A stretch of DNA of 40,189 bases from Vitrella brassicaformis CCMP3155. Lineage: Eukaryota > Protista > Chromerida. The stretch spans positions 1 to 40,189 of the forward strand of contig CDMY01000628.1 in the NCBI GenBank assembly GCA_001179505.1, read 5' to 3'. The notes under the pieces were generated by a model. That model made no database searches, was not told where the DNA came from, and saw nothing but the letters and a program-made list of their open reading frames with translations. The number at the start of each line of letters is the position of its first letter. Position 1 is the stretch's first letter. The position numbers were made by a program, and so were the translations under genes. Shown here piece after piece: positions 1 to 11,562 of the stretch.

Positions 1-488
1 GCCAGAACGTCGTCACCATCCTCAACCCGCCGTCTCGTGTGAGTGGCCAAGCCCGACAGACAACCAACACTGTGTACTTGTGGATGCCCCTGTGTGTGTG
101 TGGTCTCAGCGTGTGTGCTTTCCGGCGTTGCAGTGCTCCGTTGGCGACAAGGTGGTGATCCTGCAACATGGGGCCGTCAGGACGCACACTCAGGGCGCGT
201 CAGTGCTCGTCAGGGCATACGGACAACCGCACAGAGAGGGGTAAGGGCACACACACACACACGTCACCGCATTGTATGTCCGGCAACCACACTTCAGCTA
301 CGTGAACTTCGCTGATATCGGTCTGCCTATCCCCCACAGCAAGACACGACAGGTGAAGACACAGTCTTGCTGCACGATGGCCTCTGTGTGTGTGGGTGTC
401 ACTGTGTCTCCTGCACTGCATGTGTGTGTATCTGTGTGCGTGTTAGGTGTGGAAGAAGCTGGGGCATCCGGTGCTCATGAAGGAGTGA
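1..488 (+). CDS. 3' end of an unidentified spliced gene (partial, starts before the window)
   Basis: Phase-compatible exons ..QNVVTILNPPS / SVGDKVVILQHGAVRTHTQGASVLVRAYGQPHRE / GYVNFADIGLPIPHSKTRQ / VWKKLGHPVLMKE* separated by GT-AG introns rich in GT/CA repeats; TGA at 486-488. No family recognised. Confidence 0.55.
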
Positions 489-1113
489 TCGGTGTCAATC
501 GACTCTGACAGAGACGAGCAGACACTCATACAGACAAACAGCGAGGAACAGACAGTCAGACAGAGACAGCAGGCAGCAGACAGACAGTGAGAGTGCATGG
601 ACGGAGACACAATTGAGTGCATACATGAAGGCGCTTGAGACAAAATGGATGGATGTTCAGAAAACTGTCAAAGATCGTGACGGTGCTGTGACGGTCGGCG
701 GGGCAAATGTGTCTGGGTTGACGAGAGAAAGGGATTTAAAGAATGGGCGTGTTTCAGCGTAAAGACTGGCATACTGCGGGTCCGCGCGAACCATCCACCC
801 ACACACATGTACACACACGTACGTGCACGGCAAGAGAAAAAAGGACAAACGACCAACAAGACAAACTCTGCACATCCATCCCCCCAGCCAGCCAGCCAGC
901 CAGCTAGCTTGCTAGCTCCTGGCCCCTCCGACCAGCGGGGAGCCAGGAGCTCCCCTCGGCACAACACATTCCTCGCCCCTCCTGGCACGCGCACACTCCC
1001 CATTCCTCGGCGACATGCGAACCCCTGCAATACACACCACACACCACACACACGTGAACACACCAATATCGGCGCAAAATTCCTTTTGCCCCCTGTCTGT
1101 GGATGTGAGTTGA

Positions 1114-2676
1114 TCAACCTTGACTGCATGCAGTTGCCTTCCGCTTGAGCGACACGGGTGGCGTGTCCAGCATTATCAGGTCGTCGTCATCCGAATGCTG
1201 GACGGGGGGTGGGGGTGGGGGTGGGGGTGGAGAGGGGGCGGCAGGGGCAGCGGCCGCAGCAGCACAGGGCTGCTGCTGTGGCCGGACGTCCCACCGGTCG
1301 CCCCACGATGTCTTCGCCTTGGGGCCCCACCTCGTCTTGCGAGGCCTCTTGATCGGCTGGTCGTCATCCGATGACACGCTGCCCTTTCCCCCGCCTGACT
1401 CTCGCCCGTCTTGCCTCGACCCATCATTGCCGTCCTTGTCCTTGTCTCTCTTGCTGCCGGACTGATGCCTGTTGCTGGAGACGTCGGGCGAGTCGGTGAG
1501 GTCGATGGGTAGCTGAGGGCCGGGCGGTGGACATGGGATGGTGACGGGGAGGGGCTTGGGGGCGACAGGCGGAGGGATGGGCAGCGAGGACCTGCACACA
1601 GACACGCACAGAGAGACGGGATGGGGTGCGTCAGCACCGAGGTCGCGCGAGGGCAATGCTGTGCTGATGGCGTTGGAGTGGCGTCAGGGAGGCGGTGACC
1701 ATTTGCTGGCGTGGGGCTCCTTGTCAAGGTAGATGATCGTCACATCACCACTTTTGTTCTTCAGCGACGCCCTGATGTGGTGCACACACCGCCTTTGTGG
1801 CGGCCATCCTTCGTCGTGTTTTCTCCCTCACGCAATCGACTTGGAGAACCCGACGATGGCCACCTTCAGCTTGAGGGTCAAGCATTTGTCCACGGCCTCT
1901 GATAGTGCATAGCGCGCATAGGAAGAACACACATGCGAACACGACACCCACAGACACCTGTTCGTCCACTTGTTGCCTGACCTGAAAAGTCGCTATCGCC
2001 CGCCAGGAGCACTATTGTCTTGATAGGCTCATGCCCGCTTTCAGCGCAGGAGCGTCGGCGAAAAATCGGCGAGCTTTCTGAAATTGGACGGTCAGATCAT
2101 ATTCCGTTCTCGTGTTGCTATGCACTGCTCACCATACGCCGTCTCCAACATCTTCATCGCAATCGCGCAATCAGCACCCCGCTGCACCCACCCTGCAGGC
2201 ACACACACACACACACACACATGATGTACTGATGTAATACACTACTACAATTTCTCCTTCCCTCCCACTTCTCGCCTGAGCACAGCTCGCCACCCTCCGT
2301 GTCACCCGTGATGGACTGCCGCTTGTAGTCGCACAGGTGCACAGTGACACGCTTCGACCGCAAGAATTGATGGAACGCGTCGCGTTTGTCCAGCGCGGCG
2401 CGAGGCGCCAGACCACGCGTGACCTTGGAGAACCACTTGAAGGGGCATCCGTCAAAGAAGAACGTCTGCTCGTTCTCCACCCTCAACACACGCTGCACGT
2501 ACTTCAAAAGACGAAAGCAGAAAACCTCCCCCGACAAGAAATCCACTCCACTCCGAATGTAGGCGCCATCTGCAGCACGACAGACACCATGGTGCACAGC
2601 CCTTAATTACTCCTCGCCCTTGCTTCATCGTCTGCTGCGTACCGACAATGAAGACGGCCTTCGCCCGTCCAGCCAT
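1114..2676 (-). CDS. NYN (LabA/PIN-like) domain protein with Pro-rich low-complexity C-terminus
   Basis: Spliced model: MAGRAKAVFIV/DGAYIRSG..FFFDG..AFHQFLRSKRVTVHL../WVQAGADCAIAMKML../..IKTIVLLAGDSDFS/EAVDKCLTLKLKVAIVGFSKSI/AASLKNKSGDVTIIYLDK..KW/SSLPIPPP... The motifs match NYN hallmarks (VFxDG, GxD, GDSDF, V.ivGf, i.lD); the splice phases I checked are compatible. Confidence 0.8.
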
Positions 2677-2906
2677 GGCCGTATCCGCTACACACGCCTC
2701 TGACAACGAAGACGAACCTGCAGGCAACTCACAGAGATGCCACAGGCAGGACACGATGCTAGAGGCACACGAAGGCAAAACAGAGGAAATCCGATTTGAA
2801 GTGGCGAGAAATCGTGATGGACCCGCAAACCCCGATTTTCATCATCCTCACTTTTTTTCGTCCTCGAAAGCGCAGTCACCGTGAAACATCTGCCCAGGAC
2901 GGACCT

Positions 2907-2946
2907 TCCAGACGGCTTCTTCAACGTCCAGACGGCTTCTTCAACG
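2907..2946 (+). repeat. Perfect 20-bp tandem duplication (TCCAGACGGCTTCTTCAACG x2)
   Basis: Read directly: units 2907-2926 and 2927-2946. Confidence 0.9.
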
Positions 2947-3009
2947 TTCTTCCAGGCTCAGAGAGAGAAACCATGTGGTGTCTGGCTGTCATTTTCTCCT
3001 CTTCCTCAG

Positions 3010-4235
3010 AGTTCTGGCCGTCGAGAGGACTTCAACGAGGAGTCAATGTGTGACGGCTTCAATGACTTCAATGACTTTAATGCCGTGGGGTAACAGAAGG
3101 CGATTGAAGACAAGACGGTGCTGTCAGCTGGTGGAGGAACATTGCGTGCGTTTGTATATGGGTGTTTCATTCAGCGATGCGCGCGCTCACGTCGCTAGAG
3201 AACGAGCCAGTCCACCACGCGACCCCGTTCGTCCGGGGGCGCTGCGAGTTCAGCTGCAGCAGCGGCGGGTGCTCATAAGGTGGGTGGCCTTGACGGATTG
3301 GCTGACGACGGGCGATTTGAGTTCCTGCGGCAGGTCAAATGGGAAGTACTCGAACGCCTGGAGATCCTCTATGGCGAGACAAGATACGAACAGATAGCCA
3401 AATCTCTGTTCGAGTACCCGAAAGGTCAGTCCGTAGAGAAGCAGGCAGTGCGAGTGAGTGAGTGGCTGAGGGGGCGGGGGATGCATTGGAGATGTGTGTC
3501 ATTGTGTCAGAGACAGCAAAATTAATCCTCAAAGAGGCAACAAAACGTGCAGAGAAAGTGTGAGTGAAAAAACCCAAACAAAGACGACACATGGTCGGCC
3601 CGTTGTGTGTTGCTGTGGCCATTAGCAAGAACTCTCAGGAGAATGATGGCAAAAAACTGTGGTCGGAAATTTCCAACCGCAGATATGAGCCATGACTCTA
3701 TTCGTACAGCGGGTCGTCGGCTGCCCATAGGTCGTCGGCAGCCGCAAGTGCAGCGCTGCAGGCAAATGGGTCGGCAAAGCGTTCAGGTGAGTTGAATGGA
3801 TGGATGGGAGAGAGGAATGGCTGGATGGACTTAAATGGATGGATATGGTGTGTGTTTGTGCGCCCTCAGTGCACCTGGTAACCTCGTTGGTCTCAAGCCC
3901 GCCGAGCTGGACATGCGTGAGCTCCCGCCACAGATGGAGTCCTTCATGGGCGCCATGCTGCGAGCGAGCTACTGCGCCCAGATGGGCCTTGTGGGTAAAA
4001 CAAGAAGGAGACATACAGTATATGCATGTGAACGTCTGCATGCAGGTTGGTGTTGCACGCCGTGCCGAGAGTTATCGGCAACCAGGGACCCGGACGCGAA
4101 CAAGTCCAAGAGCTGAGGCAAGACACAGAGGAGTGGCGTCAACGGAAGATCACTGCACGGGACTGGGAGAGGGAATGGAATGCTGCAAAAGACACAATTG
4201 AGACGGCAGCGAGATACTTGGCCATAATATATTAA
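3010..4235 (+). CDS. Hypothetical spliced protein (boundaries uncertain)
   Basis: Exon-like segments flanked by GT/AG: EDFNEESMCDGFNDFNDFNAV; VKWEVLERLEILYGETRYEQIAKSLFEYPK; APGNLVGLKPAELDMRELPPQMESFMGAMLRASYCAQMGL; last-exon frame ambiguous. Confidence 0.4.
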
Positions 4236-4400
4236 GGTGGAAACAGTTCTGGTAGCCCACGTCAATCCTTCATGCGACATCGAAGACATCGCAGGCAGCA
4301 AAGTGCACCACCGTCGACAAAAGAGAGTGCCAGACAATGATCCAGGGGTGTGAGGAGAGGAACAACATCTTTAGGTAGGCGCGTGCTGATCTCAGCAGAC

Positions 4401-5650
4401 ATGTGGAGCCTCGGTACGCTCTTACACACAACACACAACGGACTGTCGCGATGTGTGGGCATCTCTCTCCGTCGATGTGGGCCTCATGTCTGTTGCTGCT
4501 CTATATGCTCACGAAGACCGTGCTGCTGTCGCCGCCCCAGCCATACGCTTCATCTGACATTCGGGCCAGAGCGATGCACAGAGTACGAACACAACACACA
4601 CAACCACACTCTCAGATACAGTCCACTCCACCCACCCACCGATGCGTGTGTATGAGTCTTTTCAATGCTGTGTGTCAGATGGGTGTGCTGTCCACCACCG
4701 GTGCCAACGCATGGCCGCATTCCCACATACACCTGCCTCATGGCGTCACCTCGCAGTACGGCGATCAGACGAGGGTGGACAGGAACGTCGAGCTGATCGC
4801 ACGCATGCTCCAGCGAGACCCCCCCCCCCAACGGCTGCGCGTGTCAGAGGTCAGTTGTGTGGATGCGGGAAAACAGCATGACCACAACACACGCGTGGCT
4901 GCATATGTGTGACGATCTATGTGTCCGTGTCCGTGTGGCTGTCTCTCAGATTCAGGGGTTGGTCTTCATGCACCTGCATGTCATCGAGCTCCTCAACGGC
5001 TCAACGGACCGCGCGGCAGGGGAGGCGACGCTGGTGCAGGGACACGAGGTGCCGGGAGAAGGCATCGTGAGGGCGCAGCCGACACACAATCCATCCAAGT
5101 ATCCCCTCATCCCCGCCGCCCCCGCGCCCCTCAACGGCCCACCGCGACTCGGCAACGCGCCGGATCCTGGCCGCACAGGGAAGCCCCGGAAGCCTCTGAA
5201 CGCCCGGGCGGCGACGCACGAAGAGCAGAGGGGACTCACATCGATAGGGTAGGGAGGGGAGGGGAGGGGAGGGGAGAGACATTGGTGAATGTATGGCGGC
5301 GTGGATGTATCCTTGATTCGATTCGTAGGGCCACTCAGGCTGGTGCCCGTGACGCCGCCGCCCCGCCCGGCAGAGGGTTCCTGGACACCACACAGAACAT
5401 GTACGCACGAGAGAGACCACACACATACCTGTGTATTCGTTCGGTGTGGTCGCTTTTCGATTGCCTCCCGACAGATTCAACGGCACGTTGGGCGATGGAG
5501 CTGCTGCAGGGGTGGTGCAGCCGGGGAGCAGCGGACCGGCGGCGGCAGCAGCGGCAGCAGCCAGCCGCAGCAGCCGCAGCAGCAGCAGCGGTGAGGGCAA
5601 CGGGGAGGACGTCGGCGACGGGATTCCCCCGACCGTGGATGACCTGCTGG
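4401..5650 (+). CDS. Hypothetical spliced protein, possible N-terminal hydrophobic segment
   Basis: Exon-like segments MWASCLLLLYMLTKTVLLSPPQ..; MGVLSTTGANAWPHSHIHLPHG..RNVELIARMLQRD; IQGLVFMHLHVIELLNG..; then low-complexity Pro/Ala/Ser exons, bounded by GT-AG introns. No family recognised. Confidence 0.4.
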
Positions 5651-5773
5651 CCGACAGCAGACGTGTGTGGTGGTGCGTGTGTGTGTGTGTGATGGGCCTG
5701 AGCGAATCACCAGTTAGCTGTGGCCACTGTGTGGGGCAGCTAGGCCGCCCCTATATATATTGCTGCCTGCATT

Positions 5774-5809
5774 TTATATCCTTGACGGCGCTTATATCCT
5801 TGACGGCGC
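5774..5809 (+). repeat. Perfect 18-bp tandem duplication (TTATATCCTTGACGGCGC x2) in intergenic DNA
   Basis: Read directly: units 5774-5791 and 5792-5809. Confidence 0.9.
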
Positions 5810-5986
5810 AATTGACAAAGGTGCATTCAAGTGGACGAGGGCATGAATGCATGTGGCTCGGTGTACGAGTGTGACACCCCATGAAGCGTAAAAACACAGT
5901 GCGATGTCCACCTCGACACGAAATTCGCATCAACCTCATCTATCAAAGAGAGCGATCGCATCAGTCACATGACCAGACACCCAAGC

Positions 5987-8900
5987 TCACGAGCGGCCTC
6001 TTCTCTCCAGCTGCACAAAGCGAAAGAGACACACGCATTCATGCAGAAAGGATGTCGTGTCACTCACGCAGGCACGCACCTTTCTGAGCAGTGCGCTGAG
6101 TGTGTTGACTTCCAATCGCAGCATATTGAGGGCCTCCTTCAGCTCATGATCCACCTGTGGACTCTGCAAATACACACGAAACACGAGCATGCTGTGCCTC
6201 ATCGTCAGTGTGGGCAGCCCTCACCCATCCGAACATCTGTCTCCGAGCCAGCTCCCCTATCTTCGCCTCGGACTCAAGCTGACAGAGACACACGCCGACG
6301 GAGACATGTGCAGAAGCGGATGTTTGCCATACCTGCTTGTCGATCCTGTCGGTCTCGGCCACACCGACAGACACAGGAGCGGCCCCCTGAAGACGGCAAG
6401 TGACCATTTGTTGCACTGAGACACGAGAGTGTATGTGTATATCCGGCTGGCCAACTGACCACGTCAGCTGTCTCGAGCATGCGCCTTATCTCCAGCACGA
6501 ACTGGTTCACGTTGTTGACGAACCCCTGGGCCTCCTCTATGTCGCCCTTGAGGTAGGAGGCCAGCTCCTCGACACTCACTTCAGGCTTGCCCCCGTCCAC
6601 CGACTCCTAAACGAGCCGATAGCACGGGAAGGAAGGATTGTGTGCAGAGACATGGTGTGTGCGGGCGTGAATGACGAGGCTAACGGCTGTGATTCGTTCT
6701 ATGATGTCTGCTCGCACACTGAGCTTCTTGACCACTCTCTGGATCTCAGAGTGGATCTAAAGGTCGGACTCAAAGACACACATGTGTCCGTCTCATCTGT
6801 GTGGGAAGAGTCCTTACGAATAGGAGCTGCGGGTTTTGGAAGACCTCTTTCCTGACGCGCTTGAGCTTCTTAGTGTGCACTTTCCTGTCCGGATCGACAT
6901 TCTCCTTCTCAGCGAACTGACGAGCAATGCCCTCAACAGCTGCAGATAGAGACGGACACACACAAACGGTCAAAGGCAGGCCATGTCAGGCCCCTCTCCC
7001 TGTGTGTGTGGTTGACGTGTGTGCGTTGCTGACAGTCAAGGAGTGCGGTTCTGAGCATGAATCCCTCCCCGGCCTGGTCCTGAAAGTCTGCTATCCGACG
7101 AATGCGATCCTTGGTCAGCTCAAATGCGTCTGATAAACAGATTGGATGGAACACAAAAAGAGAGGATGGAATGTCAGCCAGATGGGCGAGCAACATACCG
7201 GTCAGGATTGCGATGAACATGTTGATGAGCACGAGTGTGACAATGAATATCCACCCCACTGTGTATGCGGGCGCCGCAGCCGAGTCCGCCAGCTGCAAAG
7301 ACTCGTAATCGTACTCTCCCGTCAGCGACCGCAGCAGAGTGGAGAAAGACTCACCCCACGTGTGAAAGCCCGCTACCTACACCCACACCACAACACACTT
7401 GGCGTGTCTCTCTGTGTTTGTGAGCGTGCGCACCGCACCGCACCGCACCCGTGTGCCGAACAGCCAGTGTCCCGCGAATGTGAATCCGATGGTGACGAGG
7501 AAGAAGACCATAATGAACGGCAGGATGTCCACCGCCGCGTTGCTGAGCGCCACCCACAGTAGGCTGAGCTTCGGATTCACCTGCAGGTACTTGAATATCT
7601 GGTGAGAGACACACCCACACACCCACACACAAGCACACAAACACACAAAGACGCAGCAGATTGCCTTTCAGACGTCTGTATTGTCCGCCTGTCCGTACAG
7701 TGAAGCATCCGATGATGACGTTGACTGCAGCGACGGCCGATGTGAAGGTGAAGAGCTCGATAACCTTCCCCGGATCGCGATACTCTGTCGGCGAAAACTC
7801 CAAATACTGAAAGCGGTCCTCCAGCAGAAAGCGAGACCTGCACGCACAGACACACACCATGTCTCATTTGCAATATTTATATCTTCACAGGCAGGCTGCT
7901 CCGTACCAGTAGACGAGAATGGTGAGATACATGGCGATGTTTGTGAGCTCGACGAGGTTCCAGAAGGACTTGAAGTATTCGAGCTTGTACACTCGGAGCT
8001 CATTCATCTCACGTAAGACATACACGCACAGGCACAGGAAGAAAAACACCTCACACGCCAGACGGGCGAAGTCCGCCCCTGATTGATGAGATGAGCAAAC
8101 GGATCCCAGCCGAGACGTTCCTCGTGTTTGCGTGATGGGCCGCCCTTCCGTGGCTACCTGTGCGGTATGGCTGCAGTCTGCATGAGTGGAGTGCGATGGA
8201 AGAGTGGATACGCCCGCCGATCATCATGTCGTTCACAAACCTGCACCAACACACACACCATCAAGTGCATCCACACACCCGCCTCTCACAATCACATGCA
8301 TGTGTACGTACGTACCTCACACGTGTGAGAGTGTCATAATTGGCGTTGTACGTCAGGAACTCCACCACAAAGACCGCCGTGCCCCCGCCGAGAAAGATGG
8401 GTTCGGTGGCTGCGCCGCCGCCCGACTCGTCGCCCTCGTCGATGGTCTTCCCCACGCCCTGCTTGACGTAGTTCTCGTACACGAATCGGCCTTCGTTGGT
8501 CAGGGGTATGTCGAGGATGTGGGCCTCGTGGCCGTAGTCGTAGCCGTAGCCGTAGCCGTCGATGCCAATCAGATCGGGAAGGCGCTTCTCGTAACGAAGA
8601 TAGGGATTCAGCAGTGTCACACGGTCTTCACTCGCCTGCATGGAAAGAGACACGTGGCCACTGGTTGATGTACCTCGTTGGTCAGGTGAGAGTCACCTGA
8701 ATGGAGTTTTTGAAGCTTTCCCAGCATGGCCTCTGTACGTCGACCTCCGCCGGCCAGCCACAGGAGCCCTCCGTGACGCTCACCTGACGAATGCGGATCG
8801 GTGATACTGACAGAGAGGGGCAGATGGATGCACATATAAGGAGCTTACAGTGCATTGCTTAGAGTACGTGACTTACTGATTCTGTTTGCCATCCTGACAA

Positions 8901-9575
8901 ACACCCGCGGGTCGTTGTCATTTATGAGTGAGTCAGGCAGCACAACGGGCAGCAGAACCGTCTCCATCCACCGCCATATATCGTCCGTCGTCCCAATGTC
9001 TGTTTCATAGTAACATACACCCAATAACCAGACACCACGCCTCTGCATCTGCCTGACTGACTGACCATAATACGTCTTGTCGAAATATATCCCTCCCAGG
9101 TTCTCCTTTGCAAACGCGTCTTCCATCGTCTCTTGAGTCGACCACGTCGTACGTACCTACACAAGCACCGAGCCAAATGGTGAGACAGCCAGCGTATCCC
9201 AATATATCCATATCATCACCTCCCATCACCGCCCCCTCACCCCACCGGCCGCACGAGCATGTTAATCGCCCCGAAACTCGCCACAAACAGAGTATACAAT
9301 AGAGCCTTGTACAGGTAGTTTTGCTGCTGCACCCTCAGCACATACTTGATCACCCCGCCAGAGGGCACAGCAGTGGGCACCTCCAGCGCGGCCTCGTCCT
9401 GATGGTCCAGGAAATGGTCGCCATCCATCGCATCTGGCGAGAGAGGCGGAGGGGGGCCGAACGAAGCCTCCTTCTCAGCGGCTGGTGGATCAACTGCAGG
9501 CCTCTCGCCTGCTTGGTGGACGCCCTTCACGCCCTTGAGGCTCAGACGCCTGCCGATGGCCTTCATCTGCTTCAT
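5987..9575 (-). CDS. PKD2: Polycystin-2 / TRPP-family cation channel
   Basis: Spliced exons give S1 (YLYKALLYTLFVASFGAINMLVRP), the TOP domain (DIGTTDDIWRWMETVLLP; NRIISPIRIRQVSVTEGSC; TAVFVVEFLTYNANYD), S4-S5 (FKYLQVNPKLSLLWVALSNAAVDILPFIMVFFLVTIGFTFAGHWLFG), S6 (WIFIVTLVLINMFIAIL) and a helical/coiled-coil tail ending LERRGRS*. Start Met uncertain. Confidence 0.88.
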
Positions 9576-9830
9576 TGTAGTGAGCGATGAGTCAAATGGG
9601 GGCCTGGACAAATTGACGTTTAAGAGCACAGCAGTTGCAGCACAACTTCAGTTGGCGATGCGGCGGCACGTCTGCTGACGTGACAGATGCGGATCTCTCT
9701 TGAGTCAGCGATCTTAGCTCGCAGCTACACTCCGTGAAACCGCTGCTCAGTAATTCGAGTGCCTTGAAGCGCACAACTGAATCATTCATCAGCTCCCACG
9801 CATGTGCATCCATCGCTGATAGACATCGCC

Positions 9831-11276
9831 ATGAGTGGGATCTTTCGAATCAACCGCTATCCGTATCAACGTCGGCTGTTCCGATGGCAGCAGATGGGTG
9901 TCCTGTACGTGCTCGCCACGTGCCTCATGGCCTTCCTCGCCAGGCAAACAGCCGCACTCTCCAGCCACACCAGCCATGCTCCGTCGTCGAGCAGACCGAC
10001 GTGCCGCTCGTTGGTCGGCCGCACTGATGATTCACGGCAACGCAGATCTCGACTCGTCCAGGTGTGCAAGATAGCGCAGAGATGCCCTGTGCATTATGGA
10101 TATACACCACTCACTGCGCGTCTGTCTTTGTTCAGATGATGCGTGTGCGCGGGGGTGCGGAGGGCGACAGCGACTTTGATGCGGAGGACGACTTTGGCGA
10201 TTCGCTGGTCGAGGCCGACTTTGAGAGCGACAACTCGGTGCAGAGCAAGCTGCTCGACCTGCTCAAGGCATTCGACAGAACGCCCCCCATTACAAAAGGG
10301 TCGGTCAGTGACAGACACCATTGAAGGCATTCACCCATGGTCTTCTGTCTGTGTCTGTCTGTCTGTCAGGTATCTGTTGACGTCAGCCTTCCTGACTGGT
10401 GGGGCGTATTTTCTCACGGCTAAGAAGGTCTTTCCACGAGAGCTCATGTACGACTGGAAGAAGGTGCTCCAGGGGCAGGTATCAATCATATCGATAAACG
10501 TCTTCCTTATTTGTGCAGATAGGCAAACACATGACATGACGACCGGCACTCTCACTCTCTCTCTCTCTGTCTGTCATTGGTGTACAGATATGGCGTCTGA
10601 TGACGGGGTTTTTCTACATTGGTGACTTTGGCCTGTCCTACCTGATGACGGCCCAGTTCATATGGACCTATATGGCCAACCTCGAGAAGCTCAACTACAA
10701 ACACCCCGAGCAGTTCGCCATCCTGCTGCTCTTTGGCATGGCCTGCCTCACCCTCGCCTACCCCCTCCTCAATGCCATGGACCCCACGTGGGCCCTCGTC
10801 CCCGAAATGCTCGGCCACAACCTCAGCAGCTTCATGTCTGTGGGCACCGCACCGCTCGCAATGAATGGCTGGCTGACACGCTCACATCCCACATGCATGC
10901 CTTCTGTGTGTGTGTGTGTGTTTGAGTGCAGTGTTTATGTGTGGTCGCGCACGCACGAGGGCCAGGACGTCAATATCATGGATCTGTTTCAGCTGCGGGC
11001 CGAGTACCTGCCGTGGTTCTTCGTCATGCAGACTTGGCTGCTCGAGGGACAGGCACCCACCTTCGACCTACTTGTGAGTAACAGACACACGTGGCACACG
11101 CCTCGTGTGGATCGACGCGTGTGTGTGTCACTAACTGACAGGGCATAGCATTCGGTTGGTTGTACCACTGGCTCAAAAGTCGGCATTGGCTGAAGTCGCC
11201 GCCCCCACTGAAGGATTTGTTCAGGCAACCCGTGCTGAAGAGGCAGTATGAGAAATACGAGAAAGAGTTCGAATAA
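9831..11276 (+). CDS. DER1: Derlin (Der1 family) with bipartite N-terminal presequence; probable SELMA/plastid-import Der1
   Basis: Six phase-compatible exons: TPPITKGYL..WKKVLQGQ/IWRLMTGFFYIGDFG..LGHNLSSFI/VYVWSR..RAEYLPWF..DLL/GIAFGWLYHWL..KEFE*. These are derlin motifs, preceded by about 120 aa of signal + Ser/Arg-rich + acidic extension. Confidence 0.85.
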
Positions 11277-11562
11277 ATAGATAGTACATTTCTGTACGGG
11301 AGAGGAAGGCAAGCAAGCAGGGGAGCGGGGGCTGTGCGGTGAGACTATGGATAGCATGTGATGCCCAAGAGCCTTTGTTTATCCGTGTGTGGATGATGAG
11401 TGGACAGATCACAAGCGTGTTGAATGCTGAATCGATCGTGTGCACATTGATTGTCACGTCATAATCACATGCAATTCCGTCATGACACATGAACAGCACC
11501 CTACAAGCGAAAGTCCCTTCAGCTCCTCAGCCTCGTCGGTAGTCCGTCGCACACCCATCACT

